A stretch of 64,000 nt of DNA from a bacterium. Lineage in GTDB: Bacteria > Armatimonadota > UBA5829. Each line of letters starts with the position of its first letter. The stretch's first letter is position 1. The notes below the pieces were generated by a model, which ran no database searches, was not told the origin of the DNA, and saw only the letters and a program-made list of their open reading frames with translations. Below, piece after piece: positions 8,648-15,913 of the stretch. Made by a program: the position numbers and the translations under genes. The DNA is taken from contig JAJFUS010000011.1 in NCBI GenBank assembly GCA_021372295.1, positions 19,442-83,441 of the forward strand, written 5' to 3'.

Positions 8648-9568
8648 CTAATCAGCGTCTGTTGACGCCTCTTTGTTGAACAAATCTCTCTGAGCTTCGA
8701 GGGCTTTAACTTCCTCGACCGCCAACAGATCAATGTCAGGCAGCTCAGTAATATCGTTGAGCCCGAAATACTCCAAAAACTCCGGCGTGGTCGCATAGAG
8801 TATCGGCCTGCCGGGCGTCTGCTTTCGACCCGCCTCTTTTACAAGCCCGCGCTCCGCCAGTGTTTTCATTACCCCGTCGACCGCAACTCCACGCACCGCT
8901 TCGACCTCGGGCATCGTGCATGGCTGTCGATACGCCACCACCGCGAGAGTTTCCAGCGCGGCCTTTGAGAGTTTTCGCTTGGCAGGCTGAAGGATCAGCG
9001 CACAGTAATCGGCATACTCGGGTTTAGTGCAGAGCTGATAGCCTCCCGCAACCCGCATAAGCTGCAGGCCACGACTGCCGAGATCGGACTCAAGCGCCTT
9101 TATCGCGTCCTCGATCCTGTTTTCATCGAGATCGAGCGCCGAGGCCAACTGCTTGCATCCCAATGGCTCGCTCGCAACAAAAAGCATGCACTCGATCACG
9201 CTGGCAAGCTTGCCATTTTTGTGTGGAGAAGCGTCCTCACCGGATTCTTCTTCCACAATGTCGGCAGCAGGCGTTGAATCCTGCACGGACGCGGACTCCA
9301 TAAGAGCCGCCGCGGATTCGATGTCGGCCTGGGTCTCTTCCGGTTCGTTGCGCCTCTTGCGGGGCTTTCGCGAGAAAAGCGCAGCCAGCCCACGGCCTTT
9401 CCTGGGTTCGTCGGTCCCACGGACTACGGCGACGCCCGTCGCGACTTGTGCCACATCGGCAACCGTCACCTCGGCGACCGGCTGAATCGAAACAACCTCC
9501 ACCACCTCTGGTTCCTGTGCTTCCAAGGCTCCCTCTCTACTTTCCATTAGGCTCCATAATCGGTACAA
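8648..9568 (-). CDS. scpB: segregation and condensation protein B with a long acidic N-terminal extension
   Basis: The C-terminal 185 aa (ECMLFVASEPL...LSKAALETLAVVAYRQP...GRPILYATT) form the two winged-helix ScpB domains. It follows scpA. The roughly 120-aa N-terminal extension is low-complexity, so the true start is uncertain. Confidence 0.85.
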   Translation of the reverse strand: MYRLWSLMESREGALEAQEPEVVEVVSIQPVAEVTVADVAQVATGVAVVRGTDEPRKGRGLAALFSRKPRKRRNEPEETQADIESAAALMESASVQDSTPAADIVEEESGEDASPHKNGKLASVIECMLFVASEPLGCKQLASALDLDENRIEDAIKALESDLGSRGLQLMRVAGGYQLCTKPEYADYCALILQPAKRKLSKAALETLAVVAYRQPCTMPEVEAVRGVAVDGVMKTLAERGLVKEAGRKQTPGRPILYATTPEFLEYFGLNDITELPDIDLLAVEEVKALEAQRDLFNKEASTDAD

Positions 9569-10325
9569 TCTCTATCGACGCAAACGCTTTCTTCTGCCTG
9601 ACCTTTACACTGCGGGACTTCAATAGTTCCAACAGCGCCAGGAACGTAATTACCACTTCGATACGGTTTACGTCTTCATCGAATAATTCTTCAAATTTGA
9701 CTGGGCCCGCCGCGTCGGTAAGCTTTCGGTGAATCTCCCGCATACGCATGCGCACGGTTACTTTGCGCCGCTGAATGCTTGTGACTTCTTCCTCGCCCAC
9801 GTCGGAAAGGATTTGCTGCAAGACCGCCAGCAGATCGACGGCCGTGATGTCTTCAAGGTCGAAAGTGGGCTTTAGATCGAACGCGAGTTCCGCAGCTCCC
9901 CTCACGAACACCATTGCGCGCTGCTGCTCGCGCTCCTTAAAGATCTCCGCCGCGCCTTTGAACTTTTCGTACTCGATCAGCCGCTCGACAAGTTCCAGTC
10001 TGGGATCTATCTGCTCTTCTTCCGAGTCTTCGCTGGTCTTGGGATCTTCAGGCAGGAGCATTCTGGACTTGATCTCCAGAAGCGTCGCCGCCATTACCAG
10101 CCACTCGCCTGCAACCTCAAGGTCAAGTGACTCCATTATATATAAATACGCCAGATACTGCTCGCATACCTTCGCAATGGGGATGTCGTATATGTCGATT
10201 TCGTGCTCGCGGATGAGGTGCAAAAGCAGGTCGAGCGGGCCCTCGAAGACAGGCAGCGTTACTTTATACGGGCTTTGTTCGGTAAGTATCAGGTTCACCG
10301 TCGGTCTCCAGCGACAATCGAGCAC
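9537..10325 (-). CDS. scpA: segregation and condensation protein A
   Basis: FEGPLDLLLHLIREHEIDIYDIPIAKVCEQYL is the ScpA N-terminal signature. An alternative GTG start lies at 10298. Confidence 0.9.
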   Translation of the reverse strand: MLDCRWRPTVNLILTEQSPYKVTLPVFEGPLDLLLHLIREHEIDIYDIPIAKVCEQYLAYLYIMESLDLEVAGEWLVMAATLLEIKSRMLLPEDPKTSEDSEEEQIDPRLELVERLIEYEKFKGAAEIFKEREQQRAMVFVRGAAELAFDLKPTFDLEDITAVDLLAVLQQILSDVGEEEVTSIQRRKVTVRMRMREIHRKLTDAAGPVKFEELFDEDVNRIEVVITFLALLELLKSRSVKVRQKKAFASIEIVPIMEPNGK

Positions 10326-10387
10326 TATCTAATAGAATACCGCATTATCGTGATAAGCTCAAGGGCATCGGCAAACCATGTTTATGG

Positions 10388-11074
10388 CTATTCCATTCCA
10401 AACTTGTATCCTACGCCCCTGACGGTCAACACATATCTCGGGCTGCCCGGATCTTCCTCAATCTTCTCGCGGAGTCGACGAATGTGGACATCTATAGTGC
10501 CCCGGTCGATATATTCGTCTTCGCCCCACACCTTTTCAAGGAGTGAATCTCTGTCCAGAACGCGGCCCTTGTTGGCGAGCAGTATTTCCAGCAGCGAAAA
10601 CTCCTTTGGACGAAGATCGACAACTCTCCCGGCGACTCTTGCCTCGTGACGGGCTCTATCAAGAACAATGTTGCCTGCCCGCAGTATTTCATCTTTGCCT
10701 CTGGCTTCTCCGGCGGCCCTTCTGAGAGCCGAGCGCACTCGCGCAACCAGTTCCAGTATGCTGAATGGCTTAGTGATGTAATCGTCGGCACCCATTTCCA
10801 GGCCGATGACTTTGTCCACTTCACCGGAGCGCGCGCTGACCATAATAATGGGGAAATCATAATCGCGTCGGATGGCCCGGCAGACTTCCTTGCCGTCCAC
10901 CCTGGGCAGCATTACGTCGAGAAGCATCAGGTCGCAAACCTCGCGGCGGACGGCATCCAGCGCCATTACTCCGTCTTCACAAACCTCGACGCTGTAGCCC
11001 TCGGCCAGCAGATTGTGCTTCATCAGCGTGGCTATGTCTTCCTCGTCCTCAACAACGATTACTCGCGCGGACAT
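10388..11074 (-). CDS. OmpR/PhoB-family response regulator (no adjacent kinase)
   Basis: Receiver domain (VVEDEEDI...LLDVMLP...) and winged-helix output (LSLLEILLANKGRVLDRDSLLEKVWG...VHIRRLREKIE). Confidence 0.9.
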   Translation of the reverse strand: MSARVIVVEDEEDIATLMKHNLLAEGYSVEVCEDGVMALDAVRREVCDLMLLDVMLPRVDGKEVCRAIRRDYDFPIIMVSARSGEVDKVIGLEMGADDYITKPFSILELVARVRSALRRAAGEARGKDEILRAGNIVLDRARHEARVAGRVVDLRPKEFSLLEILLANKGRVLDRDSLLEKVWGEDEYIDRGTIDVHIRRLREKIEEDPGSPRYVLTVRGVGYKFGME

Positions 11075-11309
11075 GTCTGTTTCCTTTCGTAGTCCAAGTT
11101 GTGTTAATATGATCCAACTGTATCTTAGAAGCCGATTGTTAGGGTTTTGTTGCGCTGCCGTTAGAACGGCGCGAATTTGGTTTTCAAGCTATAAAGTTAA
11201 TTGCCCGGCAACTATTCTGTTAGATCACTGTAAGGATGCGCCTGTATTCTGTTGACATTACGGGCGCAGTATACGCCGCCCGGATCGAGACATAGAAAGG
11301 GGTATTAAC

Positions 11310-12764
11310 GTGAAGAAGTTTCTGGCAATTATGCTGATCCTGGGCTGCACCGCATTGGTGAGCGCCCAGGCTCCAAATGACGTGCCGCAGGGCCACTGGG
11401 CGTACGAAGCCGTCAATGAGCTGATGGGTAAGGGCTACATGATCGGCTATCCCAATGGCGATTTCCTGGGGGACAGAACCCTGACCCGCTATGAGTTCGC
11501 AACTATCGTGGCGCGAATTCTCGAAGGTGTGAACGAAAAGCTGGCTGCGGCAAAGTCTCAAGGCGGCAAGACGCCTGCCGGCAGCGAAGCGACCGTTATG
11601 CCGACAAATCCAGCTGCGGAAGTATCATCACAGGATTTGGACAATATCGCGAAGCTCGCCGAGGAGTTTAAGGTGGAACTGACAGTCATCGGCACAAGAC
11701 TCGACAGCGTGGAAGCTGCTGTAGAAGCGCTGAGATCGACCGTCGAAACCCACGACGGTATAGTCAAGTCCACTGCGTCCGATATCGCAAAACTCAACAA
11801 AATAAAGGTGAGCGGTTATGTTCAGAGCCGTTATCAGAACCTCGATTACACCAAGGACACAACATCCGAAGACAGCAACTATGACACATTTCTCGTGCGC
11901 CGCGCAAGAATAAAGATCACGGCAACACCGACTGTCCGAAGCACAGCGGTTCTGCAGCTGGATATGGGCAAAAACACAGCCAGCGTTAAAGACGCTTATT
12001 TCAACTATGCGTTCGGCGACGGCTGCGCTGTCGCTCCCAGCTTCCAAATCGGCCAGCAGAACTGGTGGTTCGGCTATGAAGTGCCTTACTCTTCTTCAAA
12101 GCGGGAAACTCCTGAAAGGGCGCTCTTTGTTCGCAGATTCTTCCCCGGAGAAAGAGACACCGGCGCTATCATTACAAGCCCGGCCAACTCTAAAATACTT
12201 TGGACTCTCGGCGCATACAATGGCACCGGCATCGAAAACGGCTCTACATCGGCCACGGACAACAACGACGCCAAGGACGTTCTTGCCAACGTGAAGTTCA
12301 GACTTGGAGACCTCAACCTGGGCCTCTCCGGCTATCACGGCTACGGCATTTGGTACAAGAATGCAGCCGGCAATGTTCTTTATGACCCTACAAAGAAGAT
12401 CAGATACGGCGCCGATATGCAGTACTGCATTAATGACCTTACGTTCAAAGGTGAGTACATTCGTGGAAGAGGCTTCGACGACGTCAACCCCAACTCCTAC
12501 GATCAGGATCTGTGGCAAAGCGGCTATTACGCACAGGTCGGCTACAATATCGACACTGCCGATATACTCGTGGCGCGATATTCGACAATGTCCGAAGATC
12601 CTAAAAATCCTCAGTACGGTAGAGTCAGTTCATGGGAACTCGGCGCAATCCGCTGGCTGGACAAAAACAGCAGGCTCAAACTCTTTTATAAGACCACCAG
12701 CGAAGAGTTCAACGAAATCGACGACAACGATGGCTTTGTTGCAGAATGGATCGTGACGTATTAA
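11310..12764 (+). CDS. SLH-domain outer-membrane porin (Porin_O_P-like barrel)
   Basis: GTG start, signal peptide and an SLH motif (DVPQGHWAYEAVNELMGKGYMIGYPNGDF). A coiled-coil linker follows. The barrel has FLVRRARIKITATP and ends in aromatic ...AEWIVTY. Confidence 0.8.
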   Translation: MKKFLAIMLILGCTALVSAQAPNDVPQGHWAYEAVNELMGKGYMIGYPNGDFLGDRTLTRYEFATIVARILEGVNEKLAAAKSQGGKTPAGSEATVMPTNPAAEVSSQDLDNIAKLAEEFKVELTVIGTRLDSVEAAVEALRSTVETHDGIVKSTASDIAKLNKIKVSGYVQSRYQNLDYTKDTTSEDSNYDTFLVRRARIKITATPTVRSTAVLQLDMGKNTASVKDAYFNYAFGDGCAVAPSFQIGQQNWWFGYEVPYSSSKRETPERALFVRRFFPGERDTGAIITSPANSKILWTLGAYNGTGIENGSTSATDNNDAKDVLANVKFRLGDLNLGLSGYHGYGIWYKNAAGNVLYDPTKKIRYGADMQYCINDLTFKGEYIRGRGFDDVNPNSYDQDLWQSGYYAQVGYNIDTADILVARYSTMSEDPKNPQYGRVSSWELGAIRWLDKNSRLKLFYKTTSEEFNEIDDNDGFVAEWIVTY

Positions 12765-12775
12765 ACTAAGCCTCT

Positions 12776-12801
12776 TTGGCCGGGATTCATATCCCGGCCA
12801 A
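12776..12801 (+). terminator. stable hairpin after the porin gene
   Basis: TTGGCCGGGAT-TCAT-ATCCCGGCCAA (11 bp). No clear U-tract. Confidence 0.35.
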
Positions 12802-12895
12802 TCCGCACCTACTCGATTGGGTTGACTGACCCCGTGTGAAGTGGTATTCTACGGTTGCATTACGGCTTGATTTGGCCTGATTCTTGAGGGGAAAA

Positions 12896-13744
12896 ATGAA
12901 ACTCAATAAAGCAACCGCGGAGATCTTTGTCCCGGATGGCTTGCCCGTGACTGAAGCGGTTTCGCGCACCACACACATCGGTATTTCAGCACACCAGGAC
13001 GACATCGAGATAATGGCCACTCACGGTGTGCTCGAGTGTTTCGGCAAAAGCGACAAAGCCTTTATGGGGGTCGTCGTCACCAACGGAGCTGGAAGCCCCA
13101 GAGACGACCTTTACGCGGACTACACCGACGCGCAGATGCAGGTGGTCAGAAGACTTGAGCAAAAGAAGGCCGCGTTCGTCGGCGAGTACAGCGCTCAGGC
13201 GCTGCTGGACTACTCTTCGTCGGAAGTAAAAGATGCGAAAGACACCAACGTGGTTGACGACATCAAACGCATTATCGAAACCGCAAAACCCGAAGTTGTC
13301 TATACGCACAATCTTGCCGACAAGCACGACACTCACGTTGCGACTGCCCTGCGCGTCATTCAAGCCATTCGCAACATGCCCAAAGACGCTCGACCCAAGA
13401 AATTGCTGGGCGGAGAAGTCTGGCGCGACCTTGACTGGATGAACGACATCGACAAAGTGGCTCTCAATGTCGAAGCTCACGAGAACATCGCCGCTGCGCT
13501 GATGGGCGTGTTCGATTCCCAGATCTGCGGAGGCAAGCGCTATGACCTGGCCACCCAGGGACGCCGCCGCGCGCACGCCACCTACTTCGCTTCACACGGC
13601 ACCGACGATGCCGCTCTGCTCAATTTCGCAATGGATCTGACGCCACTGATCGAAGACGATTCGCTTGACCCGGCGGAGTTCCTCAAAGGGTTCATCAGCC
13701 GGTTTGAGAGCGAAGTGGTGGCAAGAGTCGGGAAGTTCGCCTGA
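12896..13744 (+). CDS. PIG-L/LmbE-family deacetylase
   Basis: ISAHQDDIEIMATHG (AHxDDxE motif) and VYTHNLADKHDTHVA. ATG at 12896 follows GAGGGG. Confidence 0.75.
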   Translation: MKLNKATAEIFVPDGLPVTEAVSRTTHIGISAHQDDIEIMATHGVLECFGKSDKAFMGVVVTNGAGSPRDDLYADYTDAQMQVVRRLEQKKAAFVGEYSAQALLDYSSSEVKDAKDTNVVDDIKRIIETAKPEVVYTHNLADKHDTHVATALRVIQAIRNMPKDARPKKLLGGEVWRDLDWMNDIDKVALNVEAHENIAAALMGVFDSQICGGKRYDLATQGRRRAHATYFASHGTDDAALLNFAMDLTPLIEDDSLDPAEFLKGFISRFESEVVARVGKFA

Positions 13745-13745
13745 C

Positions 13746-13784
13746 AAAAATCCTCCGGCCGGCATTCCACCAGCCTGGGGATTT
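13746..13784 (+). repeat. 38-nt conserved-loop hairpin, copy A (terminator-like)
   Basis: AAAAATCCTCCGGCCGGCATTCCACCAGCCTGGGGATTT lies 2 nt after the stop at 13744. T-rich sequence on both sides. Confidence 0.7.
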
Positions 13785-13839
13785 GGTGTTGGTGTTTTGG
13801 TGTTTCGGGACTTCAGTCCCGAAACACGTCAAAACCACT

Positions 13840-14496
13840 CTATTCAGACTCCTTATGCTCTGTGAGAACATGGAGGCAGATACTGTCGTAGAAGAACAAC
13901 CACCAAGCTGTAGTGAATGGACTTTTGTCGGCGAACTGCATAATACACTTGAATGCATCACCACATCCATACGGACCGTTGAATCCAAACTTATGCAACA
14001 AAGGCAAGAATTCATTGAACTCTTGGGGACTCCAACGTGTCAGGGAATAGTTGCAATTCTCGGGAATATGCTGCTGGAATATTCTGTAATATAAGCCGCG
14101 CACGATACGGTAAAGAGCACGTTCGATCCGTTCCCCATCAAGATTGCCTGCGTAAAGGAGAGAAATGCCACCACGGCAGTGCACTAGTGACAAATGCGCG
14201 CTTGGTGCAAAGGAACGCCACAAATCTGATTTGTTTTTACGAACTGAACTCAGCACTTTCGTTGTAAATATTTTTCTTGCTGTTTTATGTTCCGATGCAG
14301 ATGCGTCAGTAACTAGATAGTCACGCAAGTAGCTGTCATCAGCTGATTTTGCATTGTTGCATTGTTCACAAGCTGGCACTTTGACAATATCTAGAGGAAG
14401 TGGCTTAGTGAATAAGCACTGCGGAATGACGTGTTCAATCGTCATCTTGCCAATTTTTCCACAATAGGCGCACTGTTCTTGTGTTTTCTGTTTCAT
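13840..14496 (-). CDS. HNH endonuclease with an uncharacterised C-terminal domain
   Basis: CAYCGK...TIEHVIPQ...ACEQCNNAKS is a CxxC...H...CxxCN HNH finger. Start at ATG 14496 (MKQKTQEQ). Local G+C is about 45%. Confidence 0.7.
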   Translation of the reverse strand: MKQKTQEQCAYCGKIGKMTIEHVIPQCLFTKPLPLDIVKVPACEQCNNAKSADDSYLRDYLVTDASASEHKTARKIFTTKVLSSVRKNKSDLWRSFAPSAHLSLVHCRGGISLLYAGNLDGERIERALYRIVRGLYYRIFQQHIPENCNYSLTRWSPQEFNEFLPLLHKFGFNGPYGCGDAFKCIMQFADKSPFTTAWWLFFYDSICLHVLTEHKESE

Positions 14497-14703
14497 AATA
14501 ATGCAAACTACTTTCAATATGGGTCGTATGACTAGCGAAAGCACCTGGGTGCCATTAGAAATCTTGGGTTCGAGTCCAAAAATGAACAGCCCATCCCATA
14601 ACAAGAAAGCCCGCATGCACTACCAAAAACTGCAAAACGCAGCCCAAAGTACTACACACGGGCATCTGCCTGAAGTATATCACAGCAGGCACACATAATC
14701 AAC

Positions 14704-14740
14704 AGAATCCCCCGGCCAGCTATTGCCAACCGGGGGATTA
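14704..14740 (+). repeat. 38-nt conserved-loop hairpin, copy B
   Basis: AGAATCCCCCGGCCAGCTATTGCCAACCGGGGGATTA has a perfect 10-bp stem. Lies 32 nt downstream of the XRE gene stop on the minus strand. Confidence 0.7.
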
Positions 14741-14771
14741 ACCATTAATCTATTGAACTATACAAAATAAC

Positions 14772-15122
14772 TCAATGCTTCTTAAGGTGTGACATCCAAC
14801 TCACGAACTGAGTTTCCAGGAATTCAGCATTTTCCTCAGTTAGTGTGCTCAACAATTTCCCGATTCTCCTCAAACGCGCTTGTTGTTCGTCTCCAACTGT
14901 ATCACCTAACAGAACCGATGGCGGCACATTGAGCGCTTCTGCCAAATCGGCTATGACATATAGCGATGGGACTTGGTGAGCATTTTCAAGCCGTGACAGA
15001 TATTGCGTTGAAATATCTGCCTTTTCAGACAACTGCTCTTGCGTCATTCCAGCGGCTTTACGTAGTGCTCTTATTCGTGCGGCCACAGCCTCAAGGAGTT
15101 CTATTCTTTGTTGTTCGCTCAT
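14772..15122 (-). CDS. XRE-family helix-turn-helix transcriptional regulator
   Basis: LRKAAGMTQEQLSEKADISTQYLSRLENAHQVPSLYVIADLAEAL is a canonical Cro/C1 HTH. Confidence 0.8.
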   Translation of the reverse strand: MSEQQRIELLEAVAARIRALRKAAGMTQEQLSEKADISTQYLSRLENAHQVPSLYVIADLAEALNVPPSVLLGDTVGDEQQARLRRIGKLLSTLTEENAEFLETQFVSWMSHLKKH

Positions 15123-15260
15123 CGTTAAAGCGTAAAATATGAACGATCATAATACCACAACCGATAGCCAACGACTTGATTCATAGCTAATCTTGTGATA
15201 CAATTCTGTTGTTACCCACTGCAGCGATTTTCTATTTGCTTGTATGGCGGAGGTCTGTGA

Positions 15261-15494
15261 ATGAAATTTGGTCGGGTGCTGGCGGTAATCATCGTGATCT
15301 CGCTGTTGTTAGGAGCGGCGGCTTACTATTTGAGCAGCCGCATTTCTCATGAATACATCGGAAACGTCAAGACGGGTGTCTTTCACCGGCAGGGCTGCAG
15401 CCATTTGCCCTGCGAGAAGAACAGGGCGTATTTCTCATCGAAAGAGGATGCGGTTGATGCCGGATACAGGCGATGTATAGTGTGCTGGCCTTAG
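15261..15494 (+). CDS. membrane-anchored Ada-Zn-binding-like (sunset) domain protein
   Basis: N-terminal TM helix, then VFHRQGCSHL...NRAYFSSKEDAVDAGYRRCIVCWP, the Ada-like metal-binding pattern. Confidence 0.6.
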   Translation: MKFGRVLAVIIVISLLLGAAAYYLSSRISHEYIGNVKTGVFHRQGCSHLPCEKNRAYFSSKEDAVDAGYRRCIVCWP

Positions 15495-15503
15495 TGTGCT
15501 CTT

Positions 15504-15699
15504 ATTTGGGGCTCTGCCCAAAGAAAAGGCTTCGCCTCTGGACTCCACAAGGAAACCCGGTTTCCTTGACCTTCTGACACAGACTTTAATAATCCCATGT
15601 GGGATTATTAAAGTCTGAACTGGGTGTCCAGAGGCCCACGGCCTCTGGCGGGTTCAAAGGGCAGAGCCCTTTGTGGGAGTTTGAGGGTGAAACCCTCAA
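15504..15699 (-). repeat. seven-hairpin mosaic repeat, copy 2 (full, inverted)
   Basis: Same module order read on the minus strand. M4 hairpin at 15580-15617. Starts 10 nt after the stop at 15494. Confidence 0.9.
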
Positions 15700-15729
15700 T
15701 AAGATTGGCGGCAAGACGAGCCCGCCAAT

Positions 15730-15783
15730 AGCGGGGCGGCGTGGGTCGTGGCCAAGGTTGTTACCGCGCCGCTCCGTTTTTTT
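15730..15783 (+). terminator. candidate intrinsic terminator
   Basis: AGCGGGGCG pairs with CGCGCCGCT (one mismatch, large loop), followed by a T7 run. Lies downstream of repeat copy 2. Confidence 0.45.
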
Positions 15784-15791
15784 CGGTTCAT

Positions 15792-15830
15792 AAAAAATCC
15801 CCCGGCCAGCATTCCGCCAACCGAGGGATT
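15792..15830 (-). terminator. 38-nt conserved-loop hairpin, copy C; intrinsic terminator of ppdK
   Basis: AAAAAATCCCCCGGCCAGCATTCCGCCAACCGAGGGATT. On the minus strand the hairpin is followed by TTTTTTAT, 84 nt after the ppdK stop. Matches copy A at 32 of 38 positions. Confidence 0.75.
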
Positions 15831-15913
15831 CTAGAAAGATCCTCACCCCAGCTCTCTCCAAGGGTTGGAAAAGAGTGAGCTGGAGGTGAGAATATTTTGT
15901 CTCTGGAAGCGCC

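Noticed and set aside
8447-8665. Short ORFs sharing the peptide ...FP(G/C)RVQRQSLW(Q/R)GLGRSPK... (8447-8665, 20810-21112, N-terminus of 25964-27580) plus others crossing repeat copies (15586-15930, 54707-54952, 54748-55050, and the N-terminus of 56094-58235)
   Set aside because: The shared peptide is simply modules M5-M7 of the mosaic repeat read in one frame. Copies occur in both orientations, with indels and module deletions that break the frame. These are not protein families.
14556-14585. tRNA-like T-arm (CTTGGGTTCGAGTCCAAAAA), possibly a tRNA 3' fragment or att site at the edge of the low-GC islet
   Set aside because: The T-stem has a mismatch. No matching acceptor stem, anticodon arm or D-arm can be built from the 75 nt upstream. 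A single GGTTCGAGTCC 11-mer could be chance. It remains conceivable as a decayed integration scar.
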